Assembly (NCBI RefSeq): GCF_030684315.1
Contig: NC_081362.1
Span: forward strand, 79,441,018-79,505,017
Direction of reading: 5' to 3'
Length of the DNA: 64,000 bases
Source: Stegostoma tigrinum
Taxonomy: Eukaryota
Positions 1-11,964 of this stretch are shown here, piece after piece. The notes under the pieces are model-generated. The model did no database searches. It was not told the origin of the DNA and worked only from the letters and a program-made list of their open reading frames with translations. A program made the position numbers and the translations under genes. Within the stretch, counting starts at the first letter, position 1; every line of letters begins with the position of its first letter.

Positions 1-220
1 TTACCTCCCCAGGCTCCATCCCCGCCCCTTTAACTTGTCTGTCTCCTCTCCCCCTATCTTCTCCTCTCTCTATCTTTGATCCGCCTCCCCCTCTCTCCCT
101 ATTTATTCCAGTTCCCTCTCCCCATCCCCCTCTCTGATGAAGGGTCTAGGCCCGAAACGTCAGCTTTTGTGCTCCTAAGATGCTGCTTGGCCTGCTGTGT
201 ACTTCTAGCTCCACACTTTG
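1..220 (+). mobile_element. 3' end and pLTR of a Penelope-like element (family A), cut by the window start
   Basis: C/T-rich tract followed by ctgatgaagggtctaggcccgaaacgtcagcttttgtgctcc..., the same as the 3' part of the GIY-YIG-bearing copy at 1382-1959. Confidence 0.85.
134..161 (+). ncRNA. Minimal type I hammerhead ribozyme motif (PLE-associated), intact core
   Basis: CTGATGA 134-140, extra A141, stem II GGGT/GCCC with CTAG loop, GAAA 154-157, self-complementary ACGT in place of stem III, GTC triplet ending at C161. Confidence 0.8.
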
Positions 221-599
221 CTAACCCTGTCCCATGAAGTGTTTCTGGCATATATTCTCACACAGTCCTGACATTCCGGTCTGTGTATTTCCTACAGCAG
301 TTCCCTTCGGCAAGGTGATGCAGGGTATACAATGTAATTTTTAAAAAAAAGTTAATAAATGCTTTTTAGAAACAAATACAATTCATGCCTTATCTCAGTC
401 CAATCATACCATTGTGCATTTCAGTTACTAACTTTGACAGGAATGTTTTTACCCAAAAGATGTGCTCATTAAGTAATGGTAATTTCGGGAGTAGACATGT
501 GACTACCAATTATGACGTATTATAAAAGTCACAGCTCCGTAGCGCATGCTAGTAGCAGTGACGTAGTAAAGCCTGTTCATTGTGATCAGAGAAGGAATG

Positions 600-966
600 T
601 TACTCCCTCTAGCTCGAATAAACAAAAAAAATTTGAGTGTTTGGGCATCGATAGAGTGGATAGTTGGAGTCTGTCTCCTCGGGGCAAATACAGGGGGTAG
701 ACATTTAAGGTGAGAGGGGGAAAGTTTAAAGAAAAGTGTTTTACACAGAGTAGTAGGTGCCTGGAATGTGCTGTTGAGCGAGTGGTAGAAGGAGGTACAG
801 TAACAAAGTTTAAGAAGCATTTAGACAGACACATTAACAAGCAGAGAAAAGAGAGTCAAGGTCCATGTGCAGTCAAATCAGATTAGTTGAGAACAGTGTA
901 ATGGTAGTGTAATGGACATGATGGGTCATAGGGCCTGTTCCTGTTCTGTATTGTTTAATGTTCTGT
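600..966 (+). mobile_element. CR1/HER1 LINE 3' fragment
   Basis: Decayed ORF2 C-terminus (GIDRVDS.SL.PR..., TQRVVGAWN) and a gggcctgttcctgttctgta...gttctgtgtt tail. Confidence 0.8.
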
Positions 967-1039
967 GTTTACCAGCAAAATGTGTTGAAAAAAGTTGCCA
1001 GCTATACGTTTTGTATCCTCACTTTTAAAGAGCATTCCT

Positions 1040-1265
1040 GATTTTAGCAGCCTAACTATTGGTAGCTGTGCCTTCAGCTGCCGTTAGGACCTATTTTTTG
1101 TAATTACTTCACTGCTCCTTGTTCCTTCTTTTAAGGTGCTCCTTAAAGCCTTTTTTAAACCAAGAATTTTTGTCATTTGACTTGATAGCTCCTTATGAAG
1201 CTGTCAGTTTAACAACTTTCGTAAAATAGTTTAAGATGTCTTATGGTTTTAAGTATACTATAAAA
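1040..1265 (+). mobile_element. Old L2-like LINE 3' end
   Basis: attggtagctgtgccttcagctgcc...ttttaaggtgctccttaaagcc...ccaagaatttttgtca resembles L2 3' ends; related pieces lie near 24280-24470 and 30700-30970. Confidence 0.5.
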
Positions 1266-1381
1266 AAATGTTTCTATATCTGCCTCATTGATACTGTAAG
1301 GTGCAAGTGCATATTGCAAACTAATTGAGCGTTGCAATACAAAACAATTCCTGTAAGCCAACTCAATTTACAATTAAGGAC

Positions 1382-1959
1382 GTGATAATGGGAACTGCAG
1401 ATGCTGGAGAATCCATCATGTTCATCCTGGGCCTCCTGCAGTGCCACAATGATGCCACCCGAAGGTTGCAGGAACAACAACTCATATTCCGCTTGGGAAC
1501 CCTGCAGCCCAATGGTATCAATGTGGACTTCACCTGCTTCAAAATCTCCCCTTCCCCCACCGCATCCCAAAACCAGCCCAGTTCGTCCCCTCCCCCCACT
1601 GCATCCCAAAACCAGTCCAGCCTGTCTCTGCCTCCCTAACCTGTTCTTCCTCTCACCCATCGCTTCCTCCCACCCCAAGCCGCACCTCCATCTCCTACCT
1701 ACTAACCTCATCCCACCTCCTTGACCTGTCCGTCTTCCCTGGACTGACCTATCCCCTCCCTACCTCCCCACCTATAGTCTCCTTTCCACCTATCTTCTTT
1801 TCTCCATCTTTGGTCCGCCTCCCCCTCTCTCCCTATTTATTCCAGAACCCTCACCCCATCCCCCTCTCTGATGAAGGGTCTAGGCCCGAAATGTCAGCTT
1901 TTGTGCTCCTGAGATGCGGCTTGGCCTGCTGTGTTCATCCAGCCTCACATTTTATTATC
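1382..1959 (+). mobile_element. 5'-truncated Penelope-like element (family A): endonuclease C-terminus, pLTR and inverted pLTR tail at the left end
   Basis: MFILGLLQCHNDATRRLQEQQLIFRLGTLQPNGINVDF (PLE endonuclease end). Hammerhead 1868-1895 has GAAATGTC. Left end 1384-1415 is the reverse complement of the pLTR tail. TSD ttac(a/g)attaaggac at 1368-1381 and 1960-1973. Confidence 0.9.
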
Positions 1960-3604
1960 TTACGATTAAGGACATTAGTTTACATGTACTAATCATTAAT
2001 GATAAAGTCTTCGTGTGCAGGGCTAAATAAATGCCTAAATTTTTGCAACAATTTAAAAAAATACCCATCTCCATGATGTTGAGTAGCTTGAATTTCTTTG
2101 GTAAAGTGAATGATGCCCGTGGGATAGAGACCTTGACATGAAAGCATTGCTGGTTTGAGCCTACACATTGGAATCTAAGGAATGGAGGGAAATGCTTCCC
2201 TTTGCTTCTGAAATAAGACTTGCATCATCTATAGTTTCTATGGTGGCTAGGGATTGCATTGCATTTGAATTTGGAATTGTATATATTAATTGTGATCTTG
2301 GGATGTCGAAGAAAATGTGCTTTGTTACAAATTTAAGTGAGCATTCTTAGGAATTGAGGAAATTGTGGTGAGAGGAGAACAATATAAGGATAAAGCATTC
2401 CAAGTCTCCTACTTTCTTACTATTTAGGATCTAATATCAAGTACTGTAACAGTATTGAAATAACACTTTGGAATTTGTTGTTGATCAAAGACATGAGGGA
2501 AGGAGCCAATATTGTGTTTTCAATTTTGGAATTGAGAACTGCTGTTCCAATTTTGTTGTTTTAATTTCTAATGACATTTGTATAAGAAAAAGCATATTTG
2601 TGTTGTGAAGTCAATGCGGACTTAGTGTAAAAATGTGCATGACTGAAAAGTTCAGTTTCGTTCTGCCTGAAAAATGGCAGTTCCATTGTTGAAGTGCACA
2701 GTTCCATGTTACAGTATAATGTGATTTTATTTCACTTTAAGTGATCCAAGGAATAACTGACACAAAGTAAATGCATCTGATTCACGGGTATGGTCCGAAT
2801 CCTGCTGTTTGTAAGTTGTATGAAGAATTTTGTTGCCTGATGACATGCTGCGGTGTAGAATTGAACCGTTTAGGTTCAGATAAAGTTACGATTTTAAAAC
2901 AAGTCGTGAATTGTTTTAGCTACACCTATTATCGGGCAGGAAGCTGTGGATACTATGGGATGTTTGACTTCCATGTTGCAGTCTCATTTATTATTGGGTT
3001 TCCTTTCCTGGCAAGAGGATTTAGGATTGAAAGATGTCAAGATTTGGTCCTGCAATGACGCTTTTAAGGTCAGACTACCCACCAATGCATTGTTTGGGTT
3101 CACGTAGAATACAGATTACAAAAAACAACGTTAGGTAATTCTGCTATAATGCATGTTTTGTTAATGCAAATTGGCTGTAATGTGATTGATGAATAGTAGA
3201 CACTATTTAGATAACATGAACTTTCTACTGTACAGTATAAGAACTTTCTGTAGCAACTATGTTGCAAATTCCTATGTTTTTGTTTGTTCGAGATCGCAAA
3301 AAAACACAGCTGTCATGTTTTAGGTGAACTACCTGTAGCAGGCTGATGCCACTCATGAAACTACTGAACAAGTGTGACGATTGGTTCCAGGATGGTGGAA
3401 TGGACAATGCAAATTTCTTCATTTGCATATTGATTATTCGTAGGTGGGGAAGGAGGGAGAAAATTTTTGAAAGTCGAACTTGTACAAAAGATACTATAAA
3501 TTTTAAAAAAAGTTTTTTTTGTGGAAGTGGTCAAATCACAGCCAAGTCAATGCAGCAGATTAAGAGCTGGTACTGAAACTCTCTTGGGGCAGTGGATAAA
3601 TAGA

Positions 3605-3958
3605 TCATAAAATCCCATGGTATGGAATAAGTCTGTTCAGCCCATCGGGACCACACTGACATTCCAAACATGAATGCTGCTCAGATCCACCCCCCTTCCC
3701 TATCCCTATAACACTGCATTTCCCATGATTAATCCACCTACCCTGTGCATGCTTGGACACTAAGGACAATTTAGCATGGCCAATCCATCTAACCTGCCCA
3801 TCTTTGGACTGTGGGAGGAAACGAGAGCACACGGAAGAAACCCATGCAGACACAGGGAAAATGTGAAAGCTACACCCAGTTATCAGAGAGTACAATCAAA
3901 CTTTGATCCCTGATGCTGTGAGGCAGAAGCACTAACCACTGAGCCACCATGCTACCCC
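3605..3958 (-). mobile_element. HE1-like V-SINE (tRNA head, V-domain, HER1-like tail)
   Basis: Minus strand: ggtggctcagtggttagtgc A-box head, ctgtgtctgcatgggtttcttccgtgtgctctcgtttcctcccacagtccaaag V-domain, gggctgaacagacttattccatac tail. Confidence 0.8.
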
Positions 3959-5886
3959 AATCCTAATCTGAGTTCTAATTCTAATTCTAATACTAATCAG
4001 AGAGCCCTCAAATCTAATGGGAAGATTCGTTCATGTAAGAGGAGTGCCCCTCATGAAAAGAATGGAAAGAAATAGCCAGGTGCTGTTCTGTAATTGCAAG
4101 CTGGTTCTTTCCCAAGCTTGCTGCTCTTAGAATAGTTAGGAAGATCACAAGAGGCCTGGGGAAGAAACAGAGATTGCAAGCCTATGGGGAATGTATGGAG
4201 TTTGGGAGGTACTGTGGGACATCAGCGGGGGCAGATGGTGGTGTTGCCAACCAGAGAGTGTTGCAAGGAAGCTGAGGGGAGTTGGACTGGCTGCAAGGGA
4301 GTGGTGAGAAGAAAGTTGTTTTTTGTGATTGGGGAGGAAGGCTGCAAAGAAGGAAAGAAACTGACTACAAAGAGAGGACTGTGTCAAACGTTCATCAAAG
4401 AAACACTCAGCTACCCATGAACTTGTCAACTTAAACTCACTGTGGCAATGAATTACTTGCAGAGGAATTTAGAATCTGCAGGTTCAGGCTGGATGGGTAT
4501 GATAAGGAATTAGAATATGGGGGAAAAATATTGAATGCTGTATAATGAGCACTCTAACAATTTAAAATTTGTGGAATTTAAATCCACAGTTAATATCTGA
4601 GCTGCAATCTATTACAATAACTACCTTGTTAAAATATTCTAAGCTTGTAAACACATGATGAAAACATGCTAACTGTGACCTCATCAATCTGGAACGTGTG
4701 TTTAAAGTGATGGTTTTTCAGTGTAGAAGTGTGTGGCAATTATTTTGAGGGGAAAATCTGCTAATTTATGATTGTTGCCTTGTACCAAATTAAATACTGT
4801 CTAGGAAATTCATGCTTTCCTTTTGCTTTGTGGCTTTTAGTTTAATGAATAATTTGATGCTAAATGAGGTGAATGATAAATTCTTCTAAATTTCCTTCTG
4901 TGAGAGTCCAGTTGACCATGCATTGTCACAGACTGCATCACCTTTTAAAGGAGTTTACACAACTTTAAAAAGTAGATGCTAAAATCGAAAAATAGTCCTC
5001 TGGAAATTCTAGAAAGCAGCCTTTGGGGGAGAAAACGATTATTTTGTGCCCTATTAACAGGTATGACAGTGGTATATTTAATAGTTTAAGCTGTTTATCT
5101 TTAATCTGACTGGATACATTTTAATGAAATTAAGCATTTAATCCATTTGCATCATTTCTGTCTCTTTTAGACCATTGATTTTACTAAGTGTTATGACACT
5201 CTAATAGCAGACGATAGCCCTTTTTTGTGTAACATGAATCATAATTATAATTGCAGTTTTTTATTAGTGCCAATTTATTGGACTTTTGAGATATTCTGCT
5301 GGGGGATCAAGAGAATAACCTGCCCTAAAAGTTGCAAGCATGTGTATAACAATACAATCAATCTCATTTATAAATTAATGAAAACTGATACAGCAAACCT
5401 TTTATTAACCAGTACGTATGGGACCAAGAGTGTATCGGTTGATCAAATATTTAAGATAATCAAGCAGTCTGCGTAACCACGGTAAACCCTGTAAATACAA
5501 TTAAGTCACCACTGAATTCATATATTGTTGACTGCTGACTTGAATTAGTCAATTGGATACTTTTGACTCCAATTAGGATATGCCTTTTATGTGTTAGGGG
5601 AAATAAAAATATGATACACATGGCTGAGTGAGTGGTAGCTGTGGAAATAAAATTCAAGTTCAACTGAGTCTAATATTTATGTTGCTGATGAGCTAAAGTA
5701 GGAGTAAACATATTGTCACAATAGTCATAAAATGTGAACTGCCAATTTTGAACTTCCATCTTCTAATTCTATTACCTGAGAATTGCTGGGACTAAAATCT
5801 TCTTCTGTTTTTTAAAAGAAGAGAAAATCCTGACAACAGGTGGGACAGAGATTGCCTGACCAGCTTGAGCCAAGATTGTGAAATAG

Positions 5887-6747
5887 TGATAACACACTAT
5901 GGAGCTGGAGAAGCACAGCAGGCCAGGCAGCACCAAAGGAGCAGGAAAGTTGACGTTTCGTGTCAGGATCCTTCTTTAGAAATGAGAAGAGGTAAGGAAG
6001 GTGGGAAATAAATAGAGATGAATGGGTGGGGTTGTGGAAGGTGGGTGGGATGAGGGTTATAGGCGAGTGCAGGTAGGCAGTGGTTGGGATTGGTCAGTGG
6101 GATGGGAGGGACAGCAGGTGGGAGAGAAGATGGACAGGTTGTGTCAGTTCAAGGAGATGGGGATGAGAGGGAGACTTGGACATGGGATGAGGCCAGGAGT
6201 GAGAAGATTTTAAAACTGGTGAATTCCACACTTAAGCCATCAGGCTGTAGGCTCCCAAGACAGAATATGAGGCGCTGCTCCTCCAGTTTGTGGGTGGTGT
6301 CATTGTGACACTGGAGGAGGCCCAGGATGGACATGTCACCCAGTGAGTGGGAGGGGTAGTTAAAATGGTTGGTGACAGGAAGGTGTTGTTGTTTTGTTGC
6401 GTACAGAGCACTGATCCTCTGCAAAATTGTCTCCGAGTCTACACTTGTTCTCACCGATGTAGAGAAGGCCACATTGGGAGCAGTGGATAGATTAGACCAA
6501 GTTGACAAACATGCAGGTGAACCCCTGTCTGATATGGAAGGTTTGTTTTGTATCTTGAATGGAGCTGGGAGGGAAAGGCGTCAGGGCAGGCGTAGGACAT
6601 CCTGCGGCTGCAGGAAAAGGTGCCGGGGGTGGTGGGGTTAGTGCAGAGTCTGGAGCAGATGAGGGAATCATGGAGTGAGTGGTCCCCTTCATCTTCATAA
6701 TACTGTGTTGTCTTTGACTCCAACATCTGCAGTTCTTACTATCTCTC
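5887..6747 (-). mobile_element. Older PLE family A copy with GIY-YIG domain and inverted pLTR tail
   Basis: Minus strand encodes ..CSQCGLLYIGENKCRLGDNFAE.. and ..HLPVTNHFNYPSHSLGDMSILGLLQCHND... Reversed pLTR at ~5887-5980; forward pLTR tail (caacatctgcagttcttactatctc) at ~6700-6747. TSD is only degenerate. Confidence 0.85.
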
Positions 6748-6865
6748 AGTCTGAAACAGGGCCTGGTGATGCAAATTGGAGAAACATTCATTCAAGAAGA
6801 GCTTGAGGACACTTTCAGATTTGAGGATACAAGACTAAGGAAGGGCATAGAAAGGGTTAATGGTA

Positions 6866-7165
6866 GATGTCTTTTCCTTTGGGTGGGGATTTCAAGACTA
6901 AGAGGCATATTTTTAATGTGAGAGGAGAAAGATTTTACAAAAGACACGAGGGGTTAATTATTTATGCAGTTGGTGAACTTCCTAGGGAAGTAGTGGATAT
7001 GGCCACATTTACACCTTCTAAAAGACACACAGATAAGTATGTGAATAGGAAAGGTTTGAAGGGAAATGGGCCAGGAGCAGGCAGTTAGGACCAGTTTAGT
7101 TTGAGGTTATGTTTGGCATGGTCTGTTTGGACCAAAGGTCTGTTTCTGTGCTATATGGCTCTAAA
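6866..7165 (+). mobile_element. CR1 LINE 3' fragment
   Basis: FP.GGDFKTKRHIFNVRGERF ORF2 end and ggaccaaaggtctgtttctgtgctatatggctcta tail. Confidence 0.75.
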
Positions 7166-7240
7166 AGATCTTAGTTAAGTAACTGTGGTCTTAGATTAAA
7201 AATACAGCACCTAAAGGACTCTAATAGAATAGATTAGGTT

Positions 7241-7432
7241 ATAGAACATTACAGCACAGTGCAGGCCCTTCGGCCCTCGATGTTGTGCCGACCTGTCATA
7301 CTGATCTCAAGCCCATCTAACCTACACTGTTCCATGTACGTCCATATGCTCATCCAATGACGACTTAAATGTACCTAAAGTTAGCGAATCTACTACCGTT
7401 GCAGGCAAAGCGTTCCATTCCCTTACTACTCT
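7241..7432 (-). mobile_element. HER1/CR1 LINE extreme 3' end
   Basis: Minus strand RVVREWNALPATVVDS.TLGTFKSSLD.HM plus tail; homologous to 56388-56580. Confidence 0.85.
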
Positions 7433-7771
7433 AATTATATATTTTAAACTGCACGTACTTGACCTTTCTTTTGTACCAAACAAATTCTCCTTTTTAAACT
7501 TTATGCCTGTGCTTCTGTGTGTGTACTTTGTCACATTTTGTTTTTTTTTTAGACTTGTTAGGTAATGAAATTCCCTCCATTTCACTCAAAAAAAACAATT
7601 TGCAGTTGGTGTATTAATTTTAACGAGTGCTATTTTAGTTGAAGTATCGTATGCTTGTATGCTGAAAAGAAGTGTTAAAAGTTTTTGTTGCAATTGATCA
7701 AGGAGGTAAGAGAACAGCGAGGAGAACCTGAAGCACGCACCTCACCTGGTTAAAACCATATCTGTTTAGAA

Positions 7772-9240
7772 GTGTTATGACCTCAGCAGATGTCATTACT
7801 GGGTAAGTCAGATCCCAGACTGTAATCTTGCGTGACAGATCATAACTTTTTATTTTACATAAGTGGTTCTTCACTGCAATACAAGCATGCAATGCTGCAG
7901 ATTTGGTTTTAACCGTAAAACTGAAGTTTATTATGCAGAAGAAATGAAGACAGAATAACCAAACTGTTTACAGAGAACCCACATTTTAAACCTTTCAAAA
8001 CACACAGTAAATTACAACTCTGTTAATCTGAACAACACTCCCTTATAGCAGCCTTCGAATGCTTTTTAGCCAACTTGAGCATTGTTCAATTTTTCTCTGA
8101 AATTTGAAACATAAAGCTTTACTTTATCAATTTCTGTGTCCTTTTAAATGTTGCTGTCACCTTATGTCCATATTAAGACTAAATGACTCATTTAGGAGCA
8201 ACTCTAGTGGTAAATTGCAACAAATGAAGTGGTTTCTGTTTTGTCATTGAAAAACAAGGTATCAAGTAATAGCACTAAGGTGTTGTTTCAGATTCAGCCT
8301 CTAGTAGGTTGGTATAATTCAATTAAATACAAATTTATTTGTTGCATCTCTGTTAAAGAAATGGGCTAAACATGTCAGCCTCATTCTTTTGCATTCATAA
8401 TTTGTTGTTAAATTTTAAAAATTATGTTTGAAACTAAATTTCCAAATCCTCTCCCAGTTTCATGGGACATTTAAATTACATTTTGTTTTAAATCATCCTC
8501 TGTTTATCTCGTCCTCCTTTTCTGTTTCAGATTTTGTTCACATTCTGCCCCTTCCCATTACTCTGTTTTTCTTTATCCTCGCTATCCCTTAACCTTTGTC
8601 TCTTCTAAGCATTTTTTTTTTCATTTCTAAGAAAAGCTTGACAAAGTCCAGCTGTGACATCACAATTTCAGGCTTCTATTGTTCCACTTCTAAATGTTGG
8701 ATAATCATTTGAACCATTTCATTTTTATGCCTTTAAACTTTTTACTTTTAAATTCACTTTATCTGCTAACTGTTTCTAGTTTTAGTCAGATTTCAAATAA
8801 GCCACTGTTTTATTTTCTGCTTCAAGTAAACTTTTGGCAGCATTCAAAGCCATCTTTAAATTTTGTTCAGTCAAGGTCAGTGCAATGTAGCTTTTAATAT
8901 CCGGAGCCAGTGTTTGTCCATTATTTTAGGAAGAAAGACACCTGTCTCTCTCAAATCCAGTAAATTCAAATCCAAATCCACCCAAAAGACCCTAATTGTT
9001 ATGATTACAGCTGATAATACAATGAGACCTGTGATGTGACAGATTGACATCGGCTTCAATAGATCGATTTGTCTTGTTAGATTTAATGAGTGATTTTTCG
9101 CTGGAATGCAGGCATGCAATACTGCAGATATATTTTTAACAGTTAACATAGAGGTTCATTATGGAAAAGAAATGGAGGTAAGATAGAACAAACCAAACTA
9201 GTTACAAATAACATGTTATATTTTGAAACCATTGTAAAGC
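7772..9240. repeat. Two diverged ~220 bp direct repeats (about 7772-8000 and 8997-9240), probable LTR remnants
   Basis: Both begin TGTTATGA and share gcatgcaat(g/a)ctgcagat...ttttaac...gtt(t/c)attatg.a.aagaaatg.ag...accaaact. Confidence 0.45.
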
Positions 9241-9774
9241 AAAATTGCATTAATCCAAATAGCATTCCTTTATAATACTCGCAACAGAGAGAATTCCATT
9301 CTCAATTGCACCTATTAGCCTTGATTTAATCCTGGCTTTAATTCTCAGCTTTAAGAATATGATAGCCTCTTCCTGCAGTCTTCATATAACTGAATTTAGA
9401 ACGTTCTAAGTTTTAAATAACTCTGTCAATGTTTTAACCAAACACTTCTGGTTTGGAACTTTTACTTTGGGTTTTTGTACTGAGATAACAACCTATTTTT
9501 AACTGTTCAAAACTACCTTTTTTTCTTCTAGAGTGACTGTTATGCTCACCCGGCTACAAGCCTTAACTAAAGGGGTTTTCTTCAAGAAATGAGTGTTTCT
9601 TCTAATAATAAAAAAATCCATGACCTTTCTGAACTGAAACCAAAGGCACAGCTATTTACTGTCTCTGCTCATAAAACTCACCTATAATAGTGTTAGGGTT
9701 TCTAAAACCCTATTAGCCTCTAAGAATTGTCTCTCCCATTTTGCTTTCTGAAAGAAATCATCATGGCTACAGAA

Positions 9775-10092
9775 GAATCATGGAATCCCTACAGTGAGAA
9801 AGAGGCCATTTGGCCCATTGAATCTGCACTAAACCTCTGAAGAGTATCCTGCTCTTCTCTGTCAAGTCACATTTACCATGGCGAATCCATCTAGCCTGCA
9901 AGCTACAGGGAATTTAAGTATGGCTAACCCACTTAACCTGCACATCTTTGAACTGTGAGAGGAAACTGAAGCATCCAGATAAAACCCTAGCAGACACAGC
10001 AGGAATGTGCAGACTCCACACACAGTCACACACGATTGGATTCTAATCTGGGTCTCTGGCACTATGTGGCAGCAGGGCTAACCACTGTGCTG
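9775..10092 (-). mobile_element. HE1-like V-SINE
   Basis: Minus strand: cacagtggttagccctgctgccacatag head, gtgtggagtctgcacattcctgctgtgtctg V-domain, ctcactgtagggattccatgattc tail. Confidence 0.8.
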
Positions 10093-10789
10093 AAGAACAA
10101 GTTGATCTATTAAGTCCCCTCATAGATACAGATCAAACCCTAGAGGCACTAGTACTAAATCCAGACTTTGAAACAAAACAATATTAAAAATGTATAAATT
10201 GCATCACAGCAGCAAGCTTTTTTTAAATTGGAAATGAGGAATGGAACTCTGTTACTATTTTGCTTTTAGATTGAGGTGATGGAGCCTTGACTGTCATTCA
10301 AATGACTGTCGAGCTGTCTGTGTTCATTTCAGCAACAGGCTTTTATTTATACACTTTCTACGTGCACTGCAAGGGTTCTATATGAGCTGAGTGTTTTGTC
10401 CATGATGTCTGTCTGCATAACATTATCTCACTCTAGTCATGTGACTTTATATCATCATTACAGAGTGATCTCTTGGACTCATTTTTCCACAATTACTGTA
10501 AGGAATCATTAAAAAAACTGTACTAATTGAGTGTTCACAGGTGCTACTTCTATCTGGCACTGGATTTTATGATGTCAAAATCTTGCCACATTTTTTCAGC
10601 TTTTTTCCTGAATACGTTACTGTGCCTGGAATTAGAATGGGGAAAAACCTAACTTAAAGGAACTTTTCTTATTCAATTTTCATAATTTCCAAAGCAAGAG
10701 TTTAACCAAAATGAGTAATTACATAATTTGTAAAGTGGTCTTTCTCATCCATTGAACTACCTTTGGTGACATTTATTATGGTACCATCA

Positions 10790-11675
10790 GAGCCAGTCAT
10801 CTCCCTCCAGAACATCACGACAAGAATTCCTTATGGTGGTGTCTTAGGCTTAACCATTTCAGCTGCTTCGGCAATGATCTTCCCTCCCTCTCAAGGTCAG
10901 AAGTATAGATACTTGCTGCTGATTTCACAATATTTAGTGCCACTCACCTGCGATAGGTTTAGTGTTAACTCCACAGACACTTGAGTATTTTCTGTCTTAA
11001 CGCAATAAAACCCGGACAGCAACCAGGCTTGAGCTAATAAGTGGCATGTAACATTTGTGCCATGATGTAGCTGGTAATGACCATCCCTGAGCAAGAGAAT
11101 CTTACCTTTGCTCCTTGAAGTTCTATGGAATTACCATTGCTGAATACTCATTATCAACATTCTAGCTGCAACCATTGACCAGAACTTGAACTCAACTAAC
11201 CATATAAATACTATGGCTACAAGAGCACATGGGAACTTAGAATTTTGCAGCAAATAATTTGCCTGTTATCTCCCAATGACTGTCCATCATCTCTAAGGCA
11301 CAAGCCAAAAATATGATGCAGTATTCTTCTTTTCGTTGGGTGAATGCAACTCCAATGACCTTCTACAGCATCCAGAACAAAGTAGCCTTCCTGATTGGCA
11401 CTGCCTCCACCACCTTGAACCTCACTCTCTTCAACACTGATGCACAGTGGCAGGGTGTGTTTCATTGTCTAGATGCACTGCAGTAACTTGCTAAGGTGCT
11501 TCTGACAGCACATTCCAAACCTGTGACCTATCATCTAGAAAAGCAAGAATAGCAGATGCATGGGGACACCACATCCTGGACATTCCCCTCCAAGTAGCAT
11601 ATCCTCCTGTGGGATCTGTATTGCTATTCCTTCACTGTTGCTGGGTCAAAATCCTAAATTTTCCCCTCTTACAGC
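10790..11675 (+). mobile_element. Decayed LINE of a second CR1/L2-group family (RT C-terminal half and 3' end)
   Basis: Degenerate GVPQGSVLGPTIFSCF.NDLPS and W..KW..TF motifs; 3' part shared with 26620-27260, 52500-53020 and 53920-54160. Confidence 0.65.
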
Positions 11676-11677
11676 AC

Positions 11678-11960
11678 TAGCCATTAACTTCAGGAAGTGG
11701 AGTGGAGGGCGTGTCTCTTTCTGGATCAAGGTGAAGATGCTCGACGGTGTCAAGTTCCTGCGAGTGATGATCACCAACAGTCTGTTCTGGTCCACCCATG
11801 TTGATGTGATGCTTCAGAAAGCACAACAACATCTCTACTTCAGGAGGCTAAGGAAATTCCGCAAGGACTCTTGCCAATTTTCATAGATGCAGCAAAGGAA
11901 ATATCCTGTCTGGATGCATCGCATTGTGGCATGGCAACTGCTGTTTCGAAGACCACAAAA
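11678..11960 (+). mobile_element. Rex1/Babar-like LINE RT fragment
   Basis: INFRK...GVKFLRVMITNSLFWSTHVDVMLQKAQQHLYFRRLRKF resembles the Rex1/Babar C-terminal RT motif (FKFLG..I...LSW..H......KAQQRLYFLR.L). Confidence 0.75.
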
Positions 11961-11964
11961 AAAC

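Noticed and set aside
505-570. Two TGACGT (CRE-like) sites
   Set aside because: Short motifs without conservation evidence; chance cannot be excluded.
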